A stretch of 64,000 nt of DNA from Candidatus Multivorans sp. (GTDB lineage: Bacteria; Acidobacteriota; Thermoanaerobaculia; Multivoradales; Multivoraceae): contig OZ245033.1 of NCBI GenBank assembly GCA_965224025.1, forward strand, positions 4,480,001 through 4,544,000, written 5' to 3'. The translations under genes and the position numbers were made by a program. The notes beneath the pieces are model-generated. The model had not been told where the DNA came from. It made no database searches and was given only the letters and a program-made list of their open reading frames with translations. How positions within the stretch are numbered: the stretch's first letter is position 1; every line of letters starts with the position of its first letter. This document shows, in pieces, positions 18,021-29,944 of the stretch.

Positions 18021-18992
18021 CTACTCGACCCGCGACAACAACCACCACTTCATCGTCGTCGCGACGAGGTCGGCCGCGTCCTCCTGCACGAAGTGGTTCG
18101 CGCCCGGCACGGTGACCAGGGTCAGGTCGCTGTCCAGCCAGTCCCAGGTGTTGTTCAGGCCGTCCGAGTGGAGCGCCGTGTCGTCCAGGCCATGGAACTG
18201 GAGCACCGGCATGCCCAGACGGGGCAACTCCTGTCCCGGCGCCTGGCCGATGCCGCCACCACCTTCGCGCGGGTAGTTCTGCTTGTAGTAGGCGAGCATC
18301 GCGTCGAAGTCGGAGCGTTCGAAGGCGGCTTCGTAGTGCTTCTTCGCCTCGGGATCCTGCACCCAGAACGCGAGGGTCTGCGGGTTCATCGGCATACCGA
18401 ACAGGATGTCCGGGTCGCTGGCGCTGCCTTCCTGGAACTTGCGGGCGTAGCCGCTGTTCGCCTGCTGCTCCTGGTTGTTCGCCAGTTCCCGGGCCATGCC
18501 GTTCGGATGCGGCAGGTTCAGGATGATCAGCCGCTCCGTCATCTGGGGCACATGAAACGCGAATTGCCAGGCGACCGCGCCGCCCCAGTCGTGCCCGACG
18601 ATCGTCGCCTTGTCGCGGCCCAGGTGCCGGATCACCGCCGCCACGTCGCCGACCAGGTAGCGCATGTCGTAGTTCTCTTCGCCGTCGGGCGAGTCGCTCT
18701 TGTTGTAGCCGCGCTGGTCGATCGCGACGACCTGGAAGTCGCTCGACAGCGCCTCCATCTGGTGGCGCCACGAGTACCAGAAGTCCGGGAAGCCGTGGAT
18801 CATGACGACCAGGGGACCCTCGCCGATCGTGGCGTAGTGGATCTTCACGCCGTCGGAATCGGCGTAGCCGTGCTCCACGCGGTCCATCAGGTCACTGCCC
18901 ATCGCCGCTCCCCCGGTCATCGCCAGCAGTAGAACGGAGACGGCAACAACCAGCCACCCCCTCCAGGTCGTCGTGTCGGCCAGTCGTTTCAT
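18021..18992 (-). CDS. Alpha/beta hydrolase (soluble epoxide hydrolase-like), with signal peptide
   Basis: [28 protein letters not shown]. Confidence 0.9.
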   Translation of the reverse strand: MKRLADTTTWRGWLVVAVSVLLLAMTGGAAMGSDLMDRVEHGYADSDGVKIHYATIGEGPLVVMIHGFPDFWYSWRHQMEALSSDFQVVAIDQRGYNKSDSPDGEENYDMRYLVGDVAAVIRHLGRDKATIVGHDWGGAVAWQFAFHVPQMTERLIILNLPHPNGMARELANNQEQQANSGYARKFQEGSASDPDILFGMPMNPQTLAFWVQDPEAKKHYEAAFERSDFDAMLAYYKQNYPREGGGGIGQAPGQELPRLGMPVLQFHGLDDTALHSDGLNNTWDWLDSDLTLVTVPGANHFVQEDAADLVATTMKWWLLSRVE

Positions 18993-19118
18993 GCTCGTTC
19001 TCCTCAGCTCATCGATGTCGTTGCCGTCGCGTCATTGTACGCGCGTGCTCCCTCGTCGTTGCACTCGGCCAGTTCCATCCGCGTCGACGAAGCGGGTCCG
19101 CTGCGAATGCTCCCAGGT

Positions 19119-21182
<2,064 letters not shown>

Positions 21183-21226
21183 TCGACTCCTCCCGCTCAG
21201 TCGCTCACGCGTTGACGTAGACCTGC

Positions 21227-22219
21227 TCAGGCGTTGACGTCGATGACCACCCTGCCACGGGTCTGACCCGCCAGGATCGACGCCGCCAGTTCCTCGATCC
21301 TGCTCATCGGCTCGACCGACGTCATCTCGGACAACAGGTCGGCCGGAAGCTCCGCCGCCAGCCGGCGCCATGCCTCCCGGCGCAGCTCCATCGGCGCCAT
21401 CACGGAGTCGACGCCAGCGAGAACGACGCCGCGCAGAATGAAGGGGTAGACGCTCGACGGCAGGTCCATGCCGCCGGCCAGTCCGCAGGCGGCAACGCAG
21501 CCGCCGTAGCGGGTCTGGGCGATCAGGTTCGCCAGCGTCGCCGAGCCGACGACGTCGACCGCGCCGGCCCAGTTCTCCCGGCCGATCGGCCGCGGCTTGG
21601 CGGCCAGCGTGTCGCGGGCGATGACGTCGGCCGCACCCAGACTGCTCAGGTAGTCGTGTTCCGCCTCGCGCCCCGTGGAGGCGATCACCCGGTAGCCGGC
21701 CCGGGCCAGCAGGGCCACCGCCACCGAGCCCACGCCACCGGCGGCGCCGGTCACCACGACGTCGCCGCTCTCCGGCGTCACACCGTGATCCCGCAGCGCC
21801 ATGACGCACAGCATCGCCGTGTACCCGGCCGTTCCGATCGCCATCGCCTGCTGGTTGGTGAAGGCGTCCGGCACCGGGACCAGCCATTCCGACTTCATCC
21901 GCGCCCGCTGCGAGTAGCCGCCCCAGTGGCTCTCGCTCAGCCCGTAGCCGTTGACCAGCACCCGGTCGCCCGGCGAGAACGAATCCGAATCGGACTCGGC
22001 CACTGTTCCCGCCAGATCGATGCCGCAGACCATCGGCACCGACCGGCAGATCGGCGCGGCGCCCGTGATCGCCAGCCCGTCTTTGTAGTTCAGGGTGGAG
22101 TACTCGACATCAACCAGCACGTCGTGCTCGGGCAGGTCGGCCAGCGTCAGGTCACGCAGGCCGGCGGTGTGCTGGTCGTCGACCCTGTCGACGACGACCG
22201 CTCGAAAGGTGTCGCTCAT
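21227..22219 (-). CDS. acuI: Acryloyl-CoA reductase (YhdH/AcuI-type MDR oxidoreductase)
   Basis: STLNYKDGLA, GIDLAGTV, IGTAGYTAML, GAAGGVGS, PFILRGVVLAGVDSV. Confidence 0.85.
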   Translation of the reverse strand: MSDTFRAVVVDRVDDQHTAGLRDLTLADLPEHDVLVDVEYSTLNYKDGLAITGAAPICRSVPMVCGIDLAGTVAESDSDSFSPGDRVLVNGYGLSESHWGGYSQRARMKSEWLVPVPDAFTNQQAMAIGTAGYTAMLCVMALRDHGVTPESGDVVVTGAAGGVGSVAVALLARAGYRVIASTGREAEHDYLSSLGAADVIARDTLAAKPRPIGRENWAGAVDVVGSATLANLIAQTRYGGCVAACGLAGGMDLPSSVYPFILRGVVLAGVDSVMAPMELRREAWRRLAAELPADLLSEMTSVEPMSRIEELAASILAGQTRGRVVIDVNA

Positions 22220-22278
22220 TCTCGGAATGTCCCTCGGTTGTGGGTTCAGGTAGCCGCGAGGGTTCTATCATTCCGGGT

Positions 22279-23631
22279 ATGAGATTCCCGAAGCCGTTTC
22301 ACCTGCTCCTCACCGCCCTGCTCATTCTCGCTGCGCCCTCCGCAGGCCCGGCCGGCGCCAGCGAGCGGGCGCGCATGGCGCCCGCAACCGGCGACCCGTC
22401 CGACACCTGGCCGCGCTGGCGCGGACCGAGCGGCCAGGGCGACGTCACGGGCAGCGGCTACGTCGACCGCTGGGGGCCTGACGAGAACGTGCGCTGGAAG
22501 GTTCCGGTACCGGGCAGCGGCAACTCCTCGCCGATCGTCTGGGGCGATGCGCTGTTCCTGACCACCGCCGAGGCGGCCGGCGCCAAGCGCTCGGTGCTCG
22601 CCTTCGACCGGGCAACTGGTGAGCGGCTCTGGACCACCGCGGCGCCCAACGCGAACCCCGAACGCGCCTATCCCAAGAACGGACACGCCTCCTCGACCCC
22701 GACAACCGACGGCGAGCGGGTCTACGCCTACTTCGGCAACCACGGCCTGCTGGCGCTCGACATGGACGGGAAGATGGTCTGGCACAAGTCGTTCGGTGAG
22801 TTGAACGCCTTTCATGGCACCGCCTCGTCACCCCTGCTGCTAGGCGACAGGCTGATCCTCGTCCAGGAGCAGCAGCGTTCCGCGTCCTTCATCGCCGCCT
22901 TCGACCGCCGCACGGGCGAAGAGCTGTGGCGTACGGAGCGGGACACCCAGGTCGGCTGGAGTTCGCCTGCCGCCGTCTCCGTGACCACCGACGACGGGGA
23001 AGAGCGCGACGAGATCGTCGTCAACAGCCAGCACCACGTGATCGCCTACGCGCCGGAGGACGGCCGGGAGCTGTGGCGAGCCGGCGGCACCACTTTCGAG
23101 GTCATCCCAAGCCCCGTCGTCGGCCACGACCTGCTGTTCAGCACCTCGGGCCGCGCCGGCCCGACCCTGGCGATCCGCCCCGGCGGCGACGGCGACGTGA
23201 CGGACAGCCGCATCGTCTGGACCGCGGCCAAGGGTTCGCCCTTCGTCGTCGCGCCGATGCTGGTCGGCGACTACCTCTACATGGTCAACGACATGGCGAG
23301 CGTGATCACCGTCTACGAGGCGAAGACCGGCGAAGTCGTCTGGCAGGAACGCCTCGGCGAACGGATGCGCGAGGGATTCTCCGCCGCGCCGGTCGCCTTC
23401 GACGGCAAGATCTTCTTCACCAACGACAACGGCGAGACCTTCGTGATCAAGGAGGGGCCGGACTTCGAGCTTCTCCACGTCAACCGCATCGGCGAACGGA
23501 CGATCGCCTCGCCCGCCCTGGTCGGCGGCGTCTGGTACATCCGCACCGGCGGTCACCTTTGGGCGATCGCGGGCGAAGGCGCGGAACAGCTACGGCCTTT
23601 CCAGGCTCAGGGACACCCAAGCGACCGCTGA
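22279..23631 (+). CDS. PQQ-binding-like (BamB-like) beta-propeller protein, secreted
   Basis: WPRWRGP, SSPIVWGD, ASSTPTTDG, repeated W...SP blades. ATG 22279 precedes the signal peptide. Confidence 0.85.
   Translation: MRFPKPFHLLLTALLILAAPSAGPAGASERARMAPATGDPSDTWPRWRGPSGQGDVTGSGYVDRWGPDENVRWKVPVPGSGNSSPIVWGDALFLTTAEAAGAKRSVLAFDRATGERLWTTAAPNANPERAYPKNGHASSTPTTDGERVYAYFGNHGLLALDMDGKMVWHKSFGELNAFHGTASSPLLLGDRLILVQEQQRSASFIAAFDRRTGEELWRTERDTQVGWSSPAAVSVTTDDGEERDEIVVNSQHHVIAYAPEDGRELWRAGGTTFEVIPSPVVGHDLLFSTSGRAGPTLAIRPGGDGDVTDSRIVWTAAKGSPFVVAPMLVGDYLYMVNDMASVITVYEAKTGEVVWQERLGERMREGFSAAPVAFDGKIFFTNDNGETFVIKEGPDFELLHVNRIGERTIASPALVGGVWYIRTGGHLWAIAGEGAEQLRPFQAQGHPSDR
23378..23570 (+). repeat. 3' end of the beta-propeller gene; copy 1 of a diverged direct repeat
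   Basis: Matches 27833..27994 (SAAPVA...KEGP.FE.LHVNRIGERTIAS.ALVGGVW.IRT.GHLWAI). Confidence 0.85.
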
Positions 23632-24014
23632 ACCCGCGCCCACCTCTACAAGGTAGCCACGGTTCGGCACCGAAGTGCTTTGGTCGCCGCTATGGCCCCT
23701 TCAGCTTCGCCCCTCAGTTCGTAGGTCAGCCCGCCACGGCACGTCCCTCTGTACCGGCGTTGACGCCCAAGCGCCGGAGATGACCTTCCTGTGACGAATC
23801 GGTAACTGACTAGCTTCACGCTACGGATCTTGATCACTGTGGCGGGGGCCCTGCTTTCACGGTCGACCCAGAAACAGGAGACATCAGCTTCAACCACGAC
23901 GGCTACGTGTACATCCTCTCCTGCATGTGAGCTACACTGTCACGCCGGGTTGGACAACCGTCACAATGGCGCACCGGCAAGGGCTTCACGCCCCCGTCAT
24001 AGCCCCCGCGCCGT

Positions 24015-27000
24015 ATGTGGTTGACTGGCAACCGCCAGCGCAGCGTAGTTCCTGGCGCGAACTGGACTCTAATGAGGCTTTGTAGGCTACACATCCTTTT
24101 ACGAACCACGCTTCTTGCGGCGTTCTTTGTCGCCTATGGCTCTCCGGTGAAAGGAGAGGGCGAGTTCACCGTGCGATTGGCCGAAAGGCTTGGTGCCGGC
24201 GGCGCTAGCAGCATGGTTTCGCTCTACGAACCGTGTGCGTCCTACGACTGCGGCGTCGAACTCCTCACCGGCATGCCGAAGCTCCGGCCTGAATTCAGGA
24301 GGCCCTTCGAAGCCGGTCGACTGTTTCGCGGAGTAGCGCCCGAGGGAGATATTTGGTGGGTGGTCGTCGAAAGCCAGGGTCATATGCCGATGGCGTTGCT
24401 ATGGCGGCCGCCCGTGGCAGTCGGTGATTTACCACCCGCGCCGGTGGTCAGCGCTGCGATGTGCTCCATCGATGTGCGCGACGGCGACGGTCGCGCCATC
24501 GAAGGCGCGATAGCTCTTCCCCGTGGCGTTGGCGTGCCGACGGAGTCACGCCCTTCTCTGTTCAACGACTGGCGCCCGTGGTCCCCGCCTTCCGTGGCGA
24601 ACGAACAAGGCAGGATCGTACTCCGGGTTCCATCCGAAGCCAGCCTGCCGTTCCTGGTGGGTGCGCGAGACCACGGATTCAAGAGAGGGATTTGCTCACG
24701 GGACAGCCACTCAACTGTCGTACTCCCGAAACGGCAGACCCGCATGCTTGAAGTGTTCACAACGGAGGGCGAGCCCTTGGCGGCTGCGCTGGCCAGATCT
24801 GCGGACGGTTGGCCCTTGGCAGTCACCGATGAAGACGGGCGCCTTGAGCTGCCGACAGCCGAGAAAGGCCTGGTCGAGAGCAGCGGGCCGAGCCTAAGCG
24901 GGCTCTGGTTCGAAACCACTGCCGGCGCCGTTTACGACGTCACCGGTCAGCGTGCAGATCGGGTTTCTGTGGCGTCCGTCTCCAACACCTACCAAGGTAC
25001 GATCTATCTTGTGCCCATCCCGCCGGAGTTCGTGGCGAGTCGCGCCTCGGTGTCTGGCACTTCCGATGTCCAGTATTGGCGCCAGCGAAGTCCGCCGTGG
25101 CCCGCTGTAGACCAGCGAGCCGCATCTCCGCTAAGGCAGGCAACGAACGGTCAGTACCGCGAAGTGCTTCTACCGGAGGAGGCTCTCTGGTTTTCCGCTC
25201 CGGGCCGCGCATACGAGTACTGCCGGGCAAAATCCCTTGACAACAACGGCCCCCGACGAGAGACCAAAGACGGTGCACCATGCCCGCAGATGTTGCCGGC
25301 GCGCTCTGTGAACGGAAGGGTCGTGGACGACGCGGGCGCTCCGATACCCGATGCAGAGATTCTCCTAGACTGGACTCAAGGAACCACGGCCGGCACTCCC
25401 ACAGTGATTGAGGGCATGGCCATGGGTTCTCCAACTGCGTCGCTGCTGCTCCTTCGCTCCGGAGCGAACGGCAGCTTCCACAGCGACCGGGTGGGCGTTC
25501 GGGTCACAGCAGCAAGACCGTTCAGGGACTTTGCGGGCATCAGGGTTAGGGGCGAGGGCTACCTCCCAGTGACATGGGGAAACATCCAGCGCTTCGAGAA
25601 AGGCCCCGGCCGCTATGAAGTTCCCCTTCAGCGGGGCGTTCCGGTCACTGGACGGATACTGGATCCACGGACGGATACACCGATAGAAGGTGCGGAGATC
25701 GCTCTGGGACGCTTCGCGTCCTCCGGCTACACCCTCGCGCTTGGACCGTTGGACCGAGAGTACAGCCCCTATGGGAACGCCGTCCGATTCACTCGAACCG
25801 TTGCGGACGGCTCCTTTAGACTCATGAGCTGGCTTGGCCAATGGGATCTTCTGGTCCGAGCAGCGGGTCGGGTTCAACACCAAGTCAAAGGCTTTGAACT
25901 GGGACCCCAGGGACTCGATCTCGGCATCATTCGGCTTGAACGGGGCTTCGAGATCGAGGGCATCGTCCACGACGGCTCGCGGAACCCTATACCGTCGGCT
26001 CGAGTTGAAGTGGCCGGTATTCGAACCGAAGGTGCGTTCGGTCGCGATCGATCCGGCCCCGACCGACGCTTCAACGAAGCGGCGATCGTAGTGAGCGCTC
26101 AAGATGGCCGTTTCGTCGCTACGGGCTTGGCGGAAGACTCATATGTGAATCTACGCGTACGGGCAAGCGGCTTCGCGGAGAAGATCGTCGAGAAACGGTC
26201 GCCGACGACAACGCGACTCTTGGAAATCGCACTCGAACCGGAGGCTGTGATCGCGGGGAGGGTGACCCTCGACGGTGGTCCAGTTTCCGGGCGTGTCAGG
26301 CTCTTCGAGCCACGAAGGCCGTTCCCGATTCGATCGCTTGACGTCGACGAAGACGGCGAGTTCGAGTTTGCCGGTGTCGGAGCTAACCGATACAGCCTCG
26401 AAGTCAAGGTAGGGCGACCTGACATCGAGCCTTGGCGATCGGCGGTCGAAGCAAGAGCGGGGCACGTGACAGAGGTCGCCGTCACGTTGGAGGCGAAGCC
26501 GGGGGATCGGACCTTGTTCGGAACGGTCGCAGAGAAGGGAATAGGCGTGCCCAACGTTGAAGTACGCGCCAGCGGCTTGAGAACCGTGACGGACGGAAGT
26601 GGTCGCTACGAAATCCACGGCCTGCGGCCTGGTTTTCACAGCGTTGCCGCGGACCGCGGCAACGAATCGTCTCCCTCGATTGAATCAGTGCGAATCCGCG
26701 ACCGCACGGCGCGGCTCGACTTTGACTTCAGCGAGGCTCGAACCCAAGGAACCGCGTACTGGAGTGACAACTCCCCGGTCGCATTGACGAAGTTGCGGTT
26801 CTTCGGCGGCCGTCCGGTAGTGATAGTGGAGACCGATGCCGGCGGCACATTCGATGTGTATCTAGAACACGGGCAGTACATCGTGTCCACGGTCCCCGAC
26901 GACGGCGACCCTGTGGCCAGTCGGCAACGTCTGAACGTCACGGGACCGGAATCCGACCTCCGGATTGTCTTCGGTCGTCAGAGGATCGCGGGCAGTGTGG

Positions 27001-27728
27001 TGGGACTGACCAAGCAGGAACTGGGACGCCTTAGAGTCGAAGCAGTGAACCTGGACGACCTAGACACCCGCCCGGCCAAGGTCGACTCGTCGGGGCACTA
27101 CGTCATTGAGCGCATCGACAGTGGGCGCTGGAACGTGGTCGGGACCGTTGGCGCTGCGGAGCGGCGCGCCTCACGGGAGGTACTAGTGGGCCGGGACCAC
27201 GTCGAGGTCAACCTAGAGTTCAAACGTCTTCTTGGCCTCAGTGGAGTTGTACGGCTGGACGGCATACCGCTCAACTCAACGCGAGTCATCCTAGCGAAGG
27301 ATCTCGTCTGGGCAGAAATGCGACAAACATGGACGGTGGATGACGGGAGCTTCCACTTCAGCGACCTTGAACGGGGACACTACAGAATCGGCGTTGGCGC
27401 CAGCATCCGCGACGCTCGGCTCAGCAGCGACGAGCACATGGTGATCGACCTCGGTAGCGGGTGAATCCGCGGTATGGTCCTGGACCCAGAGACATCGGTG
27501 CCGAAGGCAGGCGCCCGGGTGCGTCTCTGGCCCGCTTTGGCCACGCAGTCAGAGGCGACCCAACTCGGCGTGATCTTGCAGACCTTCACCGACACAGCCG
27601 GCGAGTTCGCGTTCGATCAAGTGCCTGAAGGAGAGTGGGCGGTGGAGAGCCTGGAGATCCCAGGTTCGCGTGTAACCGTGCAAGTCGCGCCTGGTGCCTT
27701 GGCAACGGTGCTGTTGCCAAGACCGTGA
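24015..27728 (+). CDS. Large carboxypeptidase-regulatory-like (transthyretin-fold) repeat surface protein with a premature in-frame TGA at 27462-27464
   Basis: Repeated GRV.D..G.PI.GA.I / T...G.F...GL..G.Y modules. ORF 27474..27728 is in the same frame and completes the last repeat (GSG*IRGMVLDPET). The start is uncertain (ATG 24015 or ATG 24072). Confidence 0.75.
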
Positions 27729-27832
27729 GCAAGGCTCCCTACTACGGCCGCAGCCGGTGAGGCACTCGTGTCACCTCGACGACGCAACCGCGGTTCGGCA
27801 ACGAGGCGGCTACCCGATCGCGGAGACGGCCG

Positions 27833-28004
27833 TCTCCGCCGCGCCGGTGGCCACAGACGGCGAGATTCCTTCACCAAGGAAGGACCGAACTTCGAGATCC
27901 TCCACGTCAACCGGATCGGCGAACGGACGATTGCCTCGGCCGCCCTCGTCGGGGGCGTCTGGCACATCCGCACCGACGGGCATCTGTGGGCGATAGGAGG
28001 CTAG
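27833..28004 (+). pseudogene. Degenerate duplicate of the 3' end of the 22279..23631 gene (copy 2)
   Basis: Near-identical peptide ending HLWAIGG*, with an internal deletion of about nine codons (NDNGETFVI) at a CAA microhomology. Confidence 0.8.
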
Positions 28005-28006
28005 GG

Positions 28007-28762
28007 CTAGGGCTTCAGCCGGCGGTGGACCCTGGCGACGTCGACCATGTAGCCACGGTTCGGTAGCGCGGCGGCGCGCTCGATCGCGGCGGCGGCCTTC
28101 TCCACTTCACCGATCAGCTCGTAGTAGAGCCCGAGGTACAGGTCGGCGTAGAAGCGTGCACCCACGCCTTCCGCCGTTGCCGCAGCCTCGACCTCATCGA
28201 CCAAACCTTCGCCCCGGAACAGAGCGTCGATCTCCTTCATCGGGCGGCGAGCATCCGGGCCTACCGGCAGCATCGCCCCCCGCGCGGTCTCCAGGCCGTC
28301 CTCGGCGGCCACGCAGAGCAGGTGCCAGACCGCGTTCTCGACATCGTTCGGGTTGACCAGCCGGTGGCGCTCGAACTGGCCACGGCAGTCATCGAAGCGT
28401 CCGGCGTAGTAGTACGAGATGCCGCGTTGCCACAGGTAAGGATCCTGGGACGGCTCAAGGTCGACGACCTGGTCGAAGTCCTCGATCGAGGCCTCGATCC
28501 GGCCGGCCTTGAAGCGCGCCGAGCCGCGCAGCAGGTAGAGCCGCCAGTCGCGCGGCTCGACTGCGAGCGCCCGGTCGTAGCCGGCGATGGCCGCCTCGTA
28601 CTCGCCCCGGGACTCGTGAAGGCTCGCCTGGCGGACGAGCATGGAGGCGCTGGGCTCGGCGTGGTGTCCGGCTGGCTGCTGGCCGAAGCCGCCCGTCGCA
28701 GTGGCGAGCAGAAACGCGGCCGTCAGCGCCGAGACGAGGTGGAGGGCTGTGGTGCGCCTCAT
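28007..28762 (-). CDS. TPR repeat protein (NlpI-like), secreted
   Basis: Signal peptide, TPR helices (AIAGYDRAL, SIEDFDQVV, LWQRGISYYY), NPNDVENAVWH. Confidence 0.85.
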   Translation of the reverse strand: MRRTTALHLVSALTAAFLLATATGGFGQQPAGHHAEPSASMLVRQASLHESRGEYEAAIAGYDRALAVEPRDWRLYLLRGSARFKAGRIEASIEDFDQVVDLEPSQDPYLWQRGISYYYAGRFDDCRGQFERHRLVNPNDVENAVWHLLCVAAEDGLETARGAMLPVGPDARRPMKEIDALFRGEGLVDEVEAAATAEGVGARFYADLYLGLYYELIGEVEKAAAAIERAAALPNRGYMVDVARVHRRLKP

Positions 28763-28859
28763 CGATGGGACTCTACCGGGCGAGGGAATCCGGCTACACT
28801 TCGCGCGTTTCGGCTACAGCCACATCACGACAAGACGACGATAGGGAAGGGAATCCACC

Positions 28860-29738
28860 ATGGGTCTGCTCGACGGAAAGGTTGCACTCGTTACAGGCGC
28901 CGGCGGCGGTCTGGGCCGCACCCACGCGCTGTTGCTGGCGCGGGAAGGCGCCGCGGTCGTGGTCAACGATCTCGGCGGAGCGAGGGACGGCACCGGCGCC
29001 GGGACCGCGATGGCGGATCAGGTCGTCCAGGAGATCAAGGACGCGGGCGGCCGGGCGGTCGCCGACTACGGTTCCGTCTCGGACGCCGACGCCGCTCGGG
29101 CGATGGTTCAGCGTGCCGTGGACGAGTTCGGCAAGCTCGACATCGCGATCAACAACGCCGGCATCCTGCGCGACAAGTCGTTCAAGAACATGACCGACGA
29201 GATGTGGGACATCGTCCTCGACGTCCACCTCCGCGGCACCTACCTCGTCACGAAGGCCGCCTACGACCAGATGATCGATCAGGAGTCCGGTGGCCGCATC
29301 ATCATGACGAGTTCGACTTCCGGCCTGCTCGGCAACTTCGGCCAGACGAACTACGGCGGCGCCAAGGCCGGGATGGCCGGCTTCATGCGCTGCCTGGCTC
29401 TAGAGGGCGCGAAGTACGGCGTCACGGTGAACCTCCTCGCTCCCGCCGCCTGGTCCCGCCTGACCGAGGACATCATGCCGGAGGCGACGGCCGAGCCGCT
29501 GGCGCCGGAGAAGGCGTCGCCCGCCGTGGTCTGGCTCTGCAGCGACGACGCAGCCGACATCACCGGCCGTATCTTCGCGGTCGGCGGCAACACCGTGACC
29601 CTGCTGGCCTGGCAGTCGCTCGAGATCGCCCGCCGGCAGAACAACCAGGAGCCCTGGAGCGTCGCAGCGATCGGCGAGAAGATCCGCGCCGCGTCCGCCG
29701 ACTTCCCCAAGCCGGTCCGCTTCCAGGACCTGATGTAG
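28860..29738 (+). CDS. SDR oxidoreductase (MFE-2/17beta-HSD4-like hydroxyacyl-CoA dehydrogenase type)
   Basis: TGAGGGLG, VVVNDLG, NNAGILRD, GNFGQTNYGGAK. Confidence 0.9.
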   Translation: MGLLDGKVALVTGAGGGLGRTHALLLAREGAAVVVNDLGGARDGTGAGTAMADQVVQEIKDAGGRAVADYGSVSDADAARAMVQRAVDEFGKLDIAINNAGILRDKSFKNMTDEMWDIVLDVHLRGTYLVTKAAYDQMIDQESGGRIIMTSSTSGLLGNFGQTNYGGAKAGMAGFMRCLALEGAKYGVTVNLLAPAAWSRLTEDIMPEATAEPLAPEKASPAVVWLCSDDAADITGRIFAVGGNTVTLLAWQSLEIARRQNNQEPWSVAAIGEKIRAASADFPKPVRFQDLM

Positions 29739-29852
29739 CCCGCCGGAAGGCCGGCGACCCCGCCAACTGAGGCCGCCGACACCTCCACGCGCACCTCCTT
29801 GCCCCCGCGGTTGCAACGTTGGGCGTCGGTAAGCGTAGAATGATGATCAATA

Positions 29853-29867
29853 TGACCATTATGGTCA
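29853..29867. promoter_or_regulatory. Perfect palindromic operator TGACCAT-T-ATGGTCA upstream of the sulfite/nitrite reductase gene
   Basis: 7-bp arms in an AT-rich patch just downstream of a TAGAAT -10-like hexamer (29836-29841). Confidence 0.55.
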
Positions 29868-29944
29868 CGAATACGCCGGCCCCGCCCACCCCGCGCCTCG
29901 GAACGGGCAAACCGATTCCCGAAAGAACAAGCGAGAACCGACCG

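Noticed and set aside
27462-27464. In-frame TGA in the large repeat protein as a second selenocysteine
   Set aside because: The position is not a Cys or redox motif (GSG*IRG) and only a weak 4-bp hairpin follows. A nonsense mutation is more likely.
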